From an uncultured Acidobacteriaceae bacterium (GTDB lineage: Bacteria > Acidobacteriota > Terriglobia > Terriglobales > Acidobacteriaceae): a DNA stretch of 64,000 nt. The position numbers and the translations under genes are program-made. The notes under the pieces are model-generated. The model ran no database searches, was not told the DNA's origin, and worked only from the letters and a program-made list of their open reading frames with translations. Below, one piece after another: positions 53,755-64,000 of the stretch (within the stretch, counting starts at the first letter, position 1; every line of letters begins with the position of its first letter). Where the stretch lies: positions 2,206-66,205 of the forward strand of contig CAVZGS010000008.1 in assembly GCA_963774835.1 (NCBI GenBank), read 5' to 3'.

Positions 53755-55020
53755 GTGGCAAAGGGAGACGTATTGCCAGCCGATCCAAATGAACACCTCT
53801 CCATAGGGCCTGATCATCAACTTCTAGCCCCTCTTCCATCGTCACCCCGACGCAAGATCGTCCGGGTCATTGTGTGGGTCGCCCTGCTGCTCATCTTTGC
53901 AGTGGGATTTCTGCTGGTCCTGCGGCACCACGATGATACGACCAAGGGCGGGGCGTCGTCTCGCCGCGGCGCCGGTGGGGGGCCGGTGACGCTGACGACG
54001 GCCACGGCGACGAAGGGTGATATCGGCGTGTATCTGGATGCGATCGGCACGGTGACGCCGGTTTATACGGCCTCGATCACAAGCCAAGTGACTGGACCGG
54101 TGATCGCTGTGCATTTTACGGAGGGGCAGATCGTGCGTAAGGGCGATCCACTGGTCGATATCGACCCGAGACCGTTCGAGGCGACCCTGCTACAGGCGCA
54201 GGGAGTCCTTGAGCGAGACCAGGCCATTCTGGCGCAGGCGACGATGGACCGCGACCGATACCGCGACGCGTGGGCGCGTAACGCGATTCCGAAGCAGACG
54301 CTGGACGATCAGGAGAAGATCGTGCTCCAGGACGCAGGCACGGTGAAGAACGACCAGGGGACGGTGCAGTTCGACCAGGTACAGCTTGGTTACTGCCACA
54401 TTGTCGCGCCGATCGCCGGGAGAGTGGGATTGCGGCTGGTTGATCCGGGCAACGTGGTGCAGTCGTCGGGGACGGTCACACTCGCAGTAATCACGCAGTT
54501 GCAGCCGATCACGGTCATCTTTACGATCCCCGAGGACAATCTCGGGCAGGCTCAGCCGCGTCTGCGGGAGAGGACGAAGCTTCCGGTGGAGGCGTACGAC
54601 CGGGCGGCGTTGAAGAAGGTCGCGAGCGGGACACTGTTAACGCTGGACAACCAGATCGACACGACAACGGGAACAGTTAAGGGGCGGGCAACGTTCGATA
54701 ATAGAGACTCGTCGCTATTTCCCAATGAGTTTGTGAACACGAGGCTGCTGGTGAATACGTTGCACGGAGCGACCATTATTCCCTCCTCGGCGATTCAACA
54801 TAACGGCGCTGCGTCGTTTGTCTATGTCATTCAGGACGATACGGCGCACATGCGCAGCGTCAAGCCGGGTGTTACCGAGGGCCTCAATACCGAGGTGACA
54901 GGGATCAATCCAGGGGACGTTCTCGCCGACAGCAGCTTCGACAAGCTGCAGGACAAGTCAAAGATTGTCGTTTCGAAGCAGCCGATTCCTGCGAACACAA
55001 GCGGGAGTAATGCTCCTTGA
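53755..55020 (+). CDS. RND efflux periplasmic adaptor (MdtA-like)
   Basis: [35 protein letters not shown]. Confidence 0.92.
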   Translation: MAKGDVLPADPNEHLSIGPDHQLLAPLPSSPRRKIVRVIVWVALLLIFAVGFLLVLRHHDDTTKGGASSRRGAGGGPVTLTTATATKGDIGVYLDAIGTVTPVYTASITSQVTGPVIAVHFTEGQIVRKGDPLVDIDPRPFEATLLQAQGVLERDQAILAQATMDRDRYRDAWARNAIPKQTLDDQEKIVLQDAGTVKNDQGTVQFDQVQLGYCHIVAPIAGRVGLRLVDPGNVVQSSGTVTLAVITQLQPITVIFTIPEDNLGQAQPRLRERTKLPVEAYDRAALKKVASGTLLTLDNQIDTTTGTVKGRATFDNRDSSLFPNEFVNTRLLVNTLHGATIIPSSAIQHNGAASFVYVIQDDTAHMRSVKPGVTEGLNTEVTGINPGDVLADSSFDKLQDKSKIVVSKQPIPANTSGSNAP

Positions 55021-58000
55021 GTCCTTCGCGTCCTTTCATACTGCGCCCTGTGGCGACGTCGTTGCTGATGGCCGCCATTCTGTTGGTCGGGATCGTGAGT
55101 TACACGCAACTACCGGTCTCGGCGCTGCCTGAGGTCGACTATCCAACGATCCAGGTACTGACCTTCTACCCGGGATCGAGTCCGCAGGTGATGGCGACGA
55201 CTGTGACGGCACCTCTGGAGCGCCAGTTTGGCCAGCTTCAGGGTTTGAGCCAGATGACCTCGTCGAGCTCCGGTGGAACGTCGGTGATTGTGCTGCAGTT
55301 TAATCTCAGCCTGAATATCGACGTCGCCGAAGAGGAGGTGCAGTCGGCGATCAATGCGGGGTCGAGCTTTCTGCCGGCGAACCTGCCCGCACCACCGATC
55401 TACAGCAAGACGAACCCGGCGGACGCACCTGTGCTGACGCTGGCGATCACATCGAACTCGATGGCGCTCTCTCAGGTGGAGGACCTGGTGGACACGCGGC
55501 TTGCGCCGAAGATCTCACAGCTGTCAGGTGTGGGCCTGGTGAGCATCAGCGGCGGCCAGAAGCCTGCGGTCCGCATCCAGGCGAACCCGACCGCCCTTTC
55601 GTCGTACGGGATCAACCTAGAAGACCTGCGGACGGCGGTGACGCAGAGCAGTGTGAATGCGGCGAAGGGCAACTTCGACGGGCCGCGGCAGGACTATCAG
55701 ATCGACGCGAACGATCAGCTCGTGACCAGTGCTGATTACAGAAGCGTGGTCATCGCGTATCGAAATGGCGCACCGGTGATGCTGACCGACGTTGCGAAGA
55801 TTATTGACGGCGTGGAGAACTCGACGCAGGCGGCGTGGATGAATGAGACGCCGGCGGTCATCCTGAATGTGCAACGACAGCCCGGCGGCAACACGATCAG
55901 CGTCGTTAGAAGCATTAAGCAACTGCTGCCGCAGCTTGAGGCGAATCTTCCCAAGGGAATCGAGGTCACGACCCTAACGGACTTGACGACGCCGATCCAG
56001 GCATCAGTCAGCGATGTTGAGTTTGAGCTGTTGCTGACGGTTGGCCTCGTGGTGATGGTCATCTTTCTGTTTCTAAGAAATCTCTACGCGACAATCATTC
56101 CCAGCGTGGCGGTTCCACTGTCATTGATCGGCACCTTCGCTGCGATGTACATGCTCGGGTACAGTCTCGACAATCTGTCGCTGATGGCGCTGACGATTTC
56201 GACGGGCTTTGTCGTCGATGACGCGATTGTGATGGTGGAAAACATATCGCGTTACCTCGAAGAGGGTGATCCTCCGATGGAGGCCGCGTTGAAGGGTGCC
56301 GAGCAGATCGGGTTCACGATTTTGTCGTTGACCGTCTCGCTGATTGCAGTGCTGATCCCACTCCTGTTTATGGGCGACGTTGTGGGCCGGCTCTTCCGTG
56401 AGTTTGCCGTAACGCTGGCAGTGACCATCGTTGTATCTGCGGTGGTTTCACTGACGCTGACGCCGATGATGGCGTCGCGAATACTGAAGCACAATCCGAA
56501 GCACCAGCAGGGACGCTTCTACCAGGCGTCTGAGCGTGTCTTCGAAGGGATGATCGCGTTTTACGGGCGTACATTGAAGGTCGTGCTGCGCTACCAGATG
56601 ATCACGCTTCTGGTGGCGGTCGCGACCCTTCTGCTGACGATCTATCTGTACATCATTATTCCGAAGGGCTTCTTTCCCGTGCAGGATACCGGCGTGATCC
56701 AGGGCATCACGCAGGCATCACAGACGATTGGTTCGAAGTCGATGGCGGAGAAGCAGAAGGAGGTCGCGAAGGTGGTCCGTGCATGACCCGGCGGTCGAGA
56801 GCCTCTCCTCGTTCATCGGAGCGGACGGCACGAACACCACGACGAACAGCGGACGAATGTCGATCAATCTGAAGCCGTTGGAGCAGCGCGACCTGAGCGC
56901 GTCGGACGTAGTTCGCAGGCTGCAGACGAAGCTGCGGGACGTGCAGGGCATTCAGATGTTCATGCAGCCAGTACAGAACATCACGGTCGATGACCGCGTG
57001 AGCCGGACGCAGTATCAGTACACGCTGGAGGGCCCAGACCAGAACGAGCTAAATGACTGGACCAATCGTTTTGTGGCCAAGTTGAAGGACGCTGCCGGAG
57101 CTGGAAGACGTCGCGACGGACCAGCAGATGGGCGGCCTTGCCGTGTCGTTGGTTATCGACCGGGCCACAGCGACGCGGCTGGGCGTTGCGCCAACGACGA
57201 TCGATAACACGCTGTATGATGCATTTGGCCAGCGTCAGATTAACACGATGTATACGCAGCTGAATCAGTATCACGTGATTCTGGAGGCCGAGCCGCAGTT
57301 CCAGCTGGATCCGGATAAGCTGCACCATCTGTATATCCAGGCGGGTTCTGCTGCGGGGACCAGTGGCGCAGCCGCGTCTTCCTCGTCGTCTAGCGGTTCC
57401 ACGTCCGCTGGCTCGAACGCGCTTACCACCTCGGCGTTGTTTACACCCTCGGCTAATACGCTTACGCCGCCGGTCAATGCGCTCACATCGAGTACTTCCA
57501 CAGCGACCTCGAGCAAGGGCGCGACCTCGGCTGGAACAACAAGCTCCGCCTATAGCAACGCTGTGCCGTTCAGCGCCTTCTCGCACTTCGAGACTACGAC
57601 AGAGGCACTTTCGATCATGCATCAAGGACAGTTTCCGGCGATAACGGTCTCGTTCAATCTCGCGCCGAACGCCGCTCTTGGAGGCGCGATTACGGAGATC
57701 ACGAAGGTGCAGAAGGACATGCATATGCCGTTGAGCCTGCAGGCCGACTTTCAAGGGACGGCAGCATCGTTCCGGAATTCGCTGTCTAATATGCCGCTGC
57801 TGATCCTTGCCGCGCTGGTTACGGTCTATATCGTGCTCGGAGTGCTTTATGAAAGCTTCATCCATCCGATTACGATTCTTTCCACACTGCCTTCCGCGGG
57901 TGTGGGTGCGTTTCTTTCTTAATTCTCTTTCATCAGGACCTGAGCGTGGTCGCCATTATTGGATTGGTCGTGTTGATCGGTATCGTTAAGAAGAACGGCA

Positions 58001-58359
58001 TTATGATGGTCGACTTCGCGCTGGATGCGGAACGGCATCAGGGACTGGATGCGACTGAAGCGATTTACCAGGCGTGCCTGCTTCGCTTCCGGCCGATCAT
58101 GATGACGACGATGGCGGCGCTGTTGGGGGGGCTGCCGCTCGCGTTTGGCACCGGTATCGGCTCCGAGTTGCGGAGGCCACTGGGTATTGCGATGGTCGGC
58201 GGCCTGCTTCTGAGCCAGATACTGACGCTATATACGACGCCTGTGATCTATATCTTCTTCGACAACCTAGCGACCCGGTTTTCAAAGAAGAAATCGAGGG
58301 TGGAGTACCGTGGACCGCGTGAGCACGGAGGTAAGCCTGAGGCGGCTGGACTGTCATGA
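55017..58359 (+). CDS. RND efflux permease (MdtB-like), about 3 frameshifts
   Basis: [46 protein letters not shown]. Confidence 0.9.
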
Positions 58360-61300
58360 ATCTCTCTGCGCTATTTATTCATCGGCCAGTGGCGACTACG
58401 CTATTGACGGTAGCGATTGCGATCGCCGGCGCAATTGCTTTTACCGTGCTTCCGGTGTCGCCGCTGCCGCAGGTCGACTTTCCGACGATCTCAGTGAATG
58501 CAGGGCTGCCTGGTGGGAGCGCGGAGATTATGGCGTCTTCGGTGGCGACCCCGCTGGAACGACAGTTTGGTCATATCGCCGGTGTTTCGGAGATGACCTC
58601 TTCCAGCAGCCTGGGCACTACTTCGATCACGATCCAGTTTGACCTGAGCCGCAACATCGATGGGGCCGCGCGCGATGTTCAGGCGGCCATCAATGCGGCC
58701 CGCACTTACCTGCCCGCAAACCTTCCGGGGAACCCCACCTATCGCAAGGTGAATCCGGCCGATGCGCCGATCATGATCATCGGCCTTACATCGGATAAAT
58801 ACGGCCCGAATAAGCTCTACGACGAAGCCTCGACGATCATCCAACAGAGGATTTCGCAGGTCCAGGGCGTTGGACAAGTTAATGCGGGCGGTGGTGCTCT
58901 GCCATCGGTTCGCGTTGAAGTAAATCCGACAAAGCTTGCGAGTCTCGGCCTTACGATGGCCAATCTCCAGTCTGTGCTGAGTTTGCAGAACTCGAACCTG
59001 GCCAAAGGGCAGATTACAAACGGAGATATCTCGGCGGACATTGTTGCCAACGATCAAATATCCCACGCGGAAGACTATAAGCCGATCATTGTCGGGTATA
59101 ACAAGGGGTCAGCGGTGCGGTTGTCTGATGTGGCAGACGTCGTCGATTCCACGCAGAACCTGCGGGCCGCGGGATATTTGAACGGCGTACGCGCCGTGAC
59201 CCTGATCGTCTTCCGTCAACCAGGCGCGAACATTATCGACACGGTCGACCGGATCTATGCGGCGCTGCCTTCGGTAAAAGCGTCTATACCTCAGGGAATC
59301 AATACGACAGTCGTTCTTGATCGCACAACGACGATCCGGGCATCAGTGAGCACCGTCGAAAGGACGCTGTTGCTCTCGATCGCCTTGGTGATCGCCGTCG
59401 TGTTCGTCTTTCTGCGCAGCGGTCGGGCCACTCTGATTCCAGCGGTCGCAGTTCCGGTGTCTCTGATCGGCACGTTTGCGGTTATGTATCTCTGCGGCTA
59501 TAGCCTCGACAACCTGTCGCTGATGGCGCTGACTATCTCCACCGGCTTTGTTGTGGACGACGCGATTGTTGTGATGGAGAACATCACACGACATATTGAA
59601 GACGGTATGGAGCCCTTCTCCGCAGCGCTGAAAGGAGCACGAGAGATTGGCTTTACGGTTTTTACCATCAGCATGTCGTTGATTGCCGTCTTCATCCCGC
59701 TTCTAATGATGGGCGGGATCGTCGGCAGGCTGTTCCGGGAGTTTGCGGTCACACTTTCGACTGCGATTCTTGTGTCGATGGTGATTTCTTTGACCACGAC
59801 ACCAATGATGTGCGCCTACATCTTGAAGAACCCCCACGGAGAGAAGCACGGTCGATGGTATAGAGCCTCGGACAGGGTCTTCGATTCGGTGCTCTCACTC
59901 TACAGGCGAAGCCTTCATTGGGTACTGGAAAACCCTGTACTGATCCTTACAGTCTTGTTTCTTACGATTGCACTGAACGTTGCGATTGTTATCAAGATTC
60001 CGAAGGGCTTCTTCCCCCTGCAGGACACCGGCTCGCTGGGTGGGGCCGTACGCGGACCTCAAGACGCCTCTTTCTATTCGATGAACGATTCCATCCAAAA
60101 GATTTTGAAGGTCGTCAAAAACGATCCGGCGGTGGCTAATGCGATCTCGTTTACTGGGGGCGGGGGCGCCTCCAATACCGCGAATATGTTCGTGTCGCTG
60201 AAGCCTTTGGGGGAGCGAAAGATCAGTGCTTCTGACGTAATCAACAGGCTTCGTCCCAAGTTGAATCGTCTGACGGCGGCGTCCTCGTTTCTGCAGGCGG
60301 GGCAGGACCTTCGCATCGGGGGACGCGGCAGTAATGCGCTTTATCAGTACACAATTCAGGCCGACAGCCTTTCCGATCTCCAGACGTGGGGTCCCAGGCT
60401 GCTCACCGAGATGATGAAACTGCCGGGTTTTCAGGACGTCAGTTCGGACCAGCAGAATGGCGGGCTGGATGAGTTGTTGCACTACGACCGGGTGACCGCC
60501 GCGCAGCTTGGCCAGACCGCGCAATCGCTCGATCAGGGTCTCTACAGCGCCTTCGGTCAGTCGGAGGTCTCGCTCATCTATACGCAGCTGAACCAGTATT
60601 ACGTTGTGCTTGAGGTAGCTCCGGAGTATTGGCAGACTCCAGAGGGTCTCAAGGACATCTACTTCCATCCGCCGGGCACCAGCAGCACGACAGCGAGCGG
60701 GAACGTCCCTCTGGCCGCAATCGCGGGGGCCAAAACCAGCACTACGCCGCTCGCCTTGAATCACACGGGACTGTTCCCTTCGGTCACTGTCTCCTTCAAC
60801 CTTGCGCCGGGTGTTTCGCTGAGCGACGCAACGCTCGAGATAGCCAAGATGCAGCAGCGTTTGGGCACGCCGTCTACAGTGCATGGGTTCTTCGCCGGCA
60901 CTTTGCTGGCCTACCAGCAATCTCTGGGCACTGAACCGCTGCTAGTTGTGACCGCGATCCTTGCCATTTTCATTGTTCTCGGCATCTTGTATGAGAGCCT
61001 GGTGCATCCGATTACCATTATTTCGACGATTCCTTCGGCGAGCGTGGGCGCGATGATGGCGCTGATGATTTTCAAGGAAGATCTGAACGTCATCTCGATC
61101 ATCGGAATTGTGCTGTTGATCGGTATCGTTAAGAAGAACGCGATCATGATGATCGACTTTGCACTGCAGGCAGAACGCGAAGGCGGCATGAACACTGAGG
61201 ACGCAATCTTCCAGGCCTGTATGCTGCGTTTCCGTCCGATCCTGATGACGACCATGGCTGCGCTGTTTGGGGCGCTGCCGCTGGCGTTTGGCGCCGGTAC

Positions 61301-61487
61301 CGGGTCTGAGCTGCGCCGGCCACTCGGAATCACCATCGTTGGGGGGCTGATTGTAAGTCAGATGCTTACTCTCTATACCACTCCAGTCGTTTATCTTGCG
61401 CTCGACCGTTTGCGCCTGCGTGCGATGGGCAAAGAGCGCGACACGTTTCATCCGATCGAGGGCCCAACTGCCGCCGGTGCGGAGTAA
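58356..61487 (+). CDS. RND efflux permease (MdtC-like)
   Basis: [33 protein letters not shown]; 1043 aa intact. Confidence 0.93.
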   Translation: MNLSALFIHRPVATTLLTVAIAIAGAIAFTVLPVSPLPQVDFPTISVNAGLPGGSAEIMASSVATPLERQFGHIAGVSEMTSSSSLGTTSITIQFDLSRNIDGAARDVQAAINAARTYLPANLPGNPTYRKVNPADAPIMIIGLTSDKYGPNKLYDEASTIIQQRISQVQGVGQVNAGGGALPSVRVEVNPTKLASLGLTMANLQSVLSLQNSNLAKGQITNGDISADIVANDQISHAEDYKPIIVGYNKGSAVRLSDVADVVDSTQNLRAAGYLNGVRAVTLIVFRQPGANIIDTVDRIYAALPSVKASIPQGINTTVVLDRTTTIRASVSTVERTLLLSIALVIAVVFVFLRSGRATLIPAVAVPVSLIGTFAVMYLCGYSLDNLSLMALTISTGFVVDDAIVVMENITRHIEDGMEPFSAALKGAREIGFTVFTISMSLIAVFIPLLMMGGIVGRLFREFAVTLSTAILVSMVISLTTTPMMCAYILKNPHGEKHGRWYRASDRVFDSVLSLYRRSLHWVLENPVLILTVLFLTIALNVAIVIKIPKGFFPLQDTGSLGGAVRGPQDASFYSMNDSIQKILKVVKNDPAVANAISFTGGGGASNTANMFVSLKPLGERKISASDVINRLRPKLNRLTAASSFLQAGQDLRIGGRGSNALYQYTIQADSLSDLQTWGPRLLTEMMKLPGFQDVSSDQQNGGLDELLHYDRVTAAQLGQTAQSLDQGLYSAFGQSEVSLIYTQLNQYYVVLEVAPEYWQTPEGLKDIYFHPPGTSSTTASGNVPLAAIAGAKTSTTPLALNHTGLFPSVTVSFNLAPGVSLSDATLEIAKMQQRLGTPSTVHGFFAGTLLAYQQSLGTEPLLVVTAILAIFIVLGILYESLVHPITIISTIPSASVGAMMALMIFKEDLNVISIIGIVLLIGIVKKNAIMMIDFALQAEREGGMNTEDAIFQACMLRFRPILMTTMAALFGALPLAFGAGTGSELRRPLGITIVGGLIVSQMLTLYTTPVVYLALDRLRLRAMGKERDTFHPIEGPTAAGAE

Positions 61488-61490
61488 ATT

Positions 61491-63026
61491 ATGGATGTCA
61501 AAACTATGATCAACCTTCGACTCAAATTTGCTGTATGTCCCGCGATTACGACGCTCCTGCTGGCAGGGTGCATGGTGGGGCCGAAGTATCATGCGCCTTC
61601 GCCCTCGGCCACGGCCACAGCTCCGCCGGTTTCGTACAAGGAGTCGCCGACACAGTTCCAAGAGACCGACGGCTGGAAGGTGGCGCAGCCGCAGGACGCG
61701 ATGCTCCACGGCAAGTGGTGGGAGATCTACAACGATCCCGAGTTGAATGCGCTGGAAGATCAGCTGAATATCAACAACCAGAACATCAGGGAGTTCTTCG
61801 AGAATTTCATGGAGGCGCGGACGCTGATTGCGCAGGCCCGGTCGCAGCTTTTTCCAACGGTAGGGGTTTCCCTATCGTATTCGGCGGCGCGTACGTCGAC
61901 GAACCTGTCGAACTCTCCTTCGGCCAACCCTGGCCGGGTCGCCTCGATAGGATCATTGCCGGCTAGCGTTTCGTGGGAGCCCGATCTGTGGGGCAAAGTG
62001 CGCAATACCATTCACGAGCAGCAGTACAGCGCGCAGTTGAGCGAGGCCGACCTTGAGAACGAGAAGCTCACGGAACAGGCAAGCCTGGCGGAGTTTTTTT
62101 ATGAGATACGCGGCCAAGACGCGCTGCAACAATTGCTAAACGACACGGTCGAGGCGGACAAGAAGGCACTGGAGTTGGCCCAGGCACGGTACGAAACCGG
62201 CGTTGATGACAGGATCTCCGTGGTTGAGGCCCAAAGCACGCTTGAGACGGTGCAATCTGAAGCGATTAACCTCGGAGTGGCGCGTGCACAGTATGAACAT
62301 GCGATTGCCGTACTAGTGGGAACAAACCCCTCGCAGTTTTCGATTCCTGTAAAGCCTTTGCTGACGGGCCCACCGCCGATTCCGCTCGGAATGCCGTCGG
62401 GGTTGCTTGAGCGGCGGCCCGACATTGCTGCTGCGGAACGAAAGATGGCGGCAGCGAATGCGCAGATCGGAATAGCATACGCCGCTTATTATCCGTCGCT
62501 GGATATAAGCGCAAGCTACGGCTACGAGAGCTCGAACTTCAGCCACTTTTTCGACTTGCCGAGCCGGTTCTGGTCGGTTGGGCCGACGCTGAGCGAGACG
62601 ATTTATGATGGCGGATTGCGCCGCGCGACGGTAAATCAGTTCATCACGACCTACAACGCCGACATCGCCAGCTACAGGCAGACTGTGTTGACCGCGTTTC
62701 AACAGGTTGAAGATAACCTGGCCGCGGTGCGTATTCTCTCGCAGCAGATCCTGAAGCATGACCAAGCGGTGAAGTCGTCGGCAGAGGCCCTGAAGCTCGA
62801 GACGGCACGGTACGAGACCGGGGTAGATCCATATCTCGATGTGGTCACCGCCCAGACCACGCTGCTCAACAACGAGCAGACGCTGGCCACTTTGCATGTG
62901 CAGGAGATGACGGCTTCAGTGCAGTTGATTGAGGCCCTTGGCGGTGGTTGGGACAGGACGCAGCTGCCGACACCGACCGAGGTTTCGAAGAAGCTGGACA
63001 AGGCGGATACCACGATACAAAAGTAG
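61491..63026 (+). CDS. Outer membrane efflux lipoprotein (NodT/OprM family)
   Basis: LLAGC lipobox, WEPDLWG, LLERRPDI, ALGGGW. Confidence 0.93.
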   Translation: MDVKTMINLRLKFAVCPAITTLLLAGCMVGPKYHAPSPSATATAPPVSYKESPTQFQETDGWKVAQPQDAMLHGKWWEIYNDPELNALEDQLNINNQNIREFFENFMEARTLIAQARSQLFPTVGVSLSYSAARTSTNLSNSPSANPGRVASIGSLPASVSWEPDLWGKVRNTIHEQQYSAQLSEADLENEKLTEQASLAEFFYEIRGQDALQQLLNDTVEADKKALELAQARYETGVDDRISVVEAQSTLETVQSEAINLGVARAQYEHAIAVLVGTNPSQFSIPVKPLLTGPPPIPLGMPSGLLERRPDIAAAERKMAAANAQIGIAYAAYYPSLDISASYGYESSNFSHFFDLPSRFWSVGPTLSETIYDGGLRRATVNQFITTYNADIASYRQTVLTAFQQVEDNLAAVRILSQQILKHDQAVKSSAEALKLETARYETGVDPYLDVVTAQTTLLNNEQTLATLHVQEMTASVQLIEALGGGWDRTQLPTPTEVSKKLDKADTTIQK

Positions 63027-63032
63027 GGCGAA

Positions 63033-63962
63033 CTAAATCGCTACCGGTTTGCCCTTCTCGTTGAGGCCGATGCGGGCCATGGGCGTTTCGTGGTCGTGCG
63101 TGAAACAGGACCAACCAGTTCTCCGGAATAGCACGCTGATAAAAACGTTTGCGCTGGGCTATCGTCTCGACCGGATCGAGGTCGTATCCCATCACCCAGG
63201 TGGGGTCCAGATGCGCGCTCGTTGGAACGAGGTCGGAGATGTAGCAGGCATGCTGCACCGCTCCGCCCAGGGCCTTCGACTCGATGTGGACTGCCATTAG
63301 TTGCGCTGTGTGCCCCGGAAAGATCTCCACCGCGATTCCCGGACATATCTCGGGATGGGCCTGATTCCATCGTTGTCGAGAAGCGTCATCTGGCCCGACT
63401 CTATAAGCGGATCGTAGTTCGGCGAGAAATAGCTGACGCGATCACGGTCGAGCTGCAAGTGGCCATGCTCGACCTCGCCCCGGTGAGCGAAGTAGCGAGC
63501 GTTCGGAAACGTCGGAGTCACGGAACCATCTGCGTGCAGCGTCGTGTTCCAGCCGCAGTGGTCGAAGTGCAGGTGACTGTTGATCACAACATCTACTTCC
63601 TCAGGCCGTATACCGGCTGCCCCTAGAGACTGTGGCAGAAGCTCCTGATTGCGCTGGATCGCGCGCATCTTTGCCGACTGCTTGTTGCCGATCCCGGTCT
63701 CGATCAGCACGGTGTGCCTGCCTGTGCGCACCACTACGGTATTCAGCCCCAGGAGGATGCGGTTCTGTTCGTCCGCGGCCGCACGCTTCTCCCATAACGG
63801 CTTCGGCACGACGCCAAACATGGCGCCACCGTCCAGCTTGTAGGTCCCATCCGTGCAAACCGTAAGTTCAAATTCTCCAAGGTGCGTGCGCGCACGAACC
63901 AACTGGGAAGCCGGAACCAGCTCCTCAGAGGTACACAAACTCGTGCTGTTGTCGGGATTCAT
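63033..63962 (-). CDS. MBL-fold metallo-hydrolase (frameshifts)
   Basis: LDGGAMFGVVPK, SHLHFDHCG, PGHT, WVMGYD. Confidence 0.88.
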
Positions 63963-64000
63963 AGCTATCCTCACTCACATCCTACTGTGAGGGAGGACGC

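Noticed and set aside
984-63962. Numerous split genes (lpxA, cysK, gluQ, dut, purD, mntH, mdtB, GH2 and others) as pseudogenes or programmed frameshifts
   Set aside because: Small indels are scattered evenly, hit conserved core genes, and come without in-frame stop decay or slippery sites; best explained by sequencing or assembly error

Overview
GC-rich bacterial chromosomal window with Acidobacteriota-like content (TIGR03435 protein, carboxypeptidase-domain TonB receptor, VWA-type protein, YXWGXW protein, G/T-rich + strand). It is mostly housekeeping and catabolic genes: fabZ-lpxA, cysK, gluQ, dinB, acyl-CoA carboxylase beta, rplU-rpmA, dut, purL-purF, purD, mntR-mntH, msrB, rpmB, a DesK/DesR-type system with an ABC exporter, GH2, GH28 with a TonB receptor, an S9 peptidase, tandem amidohydrolases, a RelE/XRE toxin-antitoxin pair and an MdtABC-type RND operon. 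About 20 genes, including conserved core genes, carry small frameshifts, which I read as assembly indel errors rather than pseudogenes. I found no CRISPR array, rRNA, intact tRNA, integrase or transposase. The most unusual signals are non-coding: a 33-bp inverted repeat enclosing a 196-bp AT-rich segment (5844-6105), a half-tRNA inside the predicted rpmB 5' leader, a dispersed intergenic repeat read in frame within the PurF propeptide, a composite repeat cluster at 25.6-26.1 kb, and a long structured rplU leader. All calls come from reading the sequence by eye; no searches were run.
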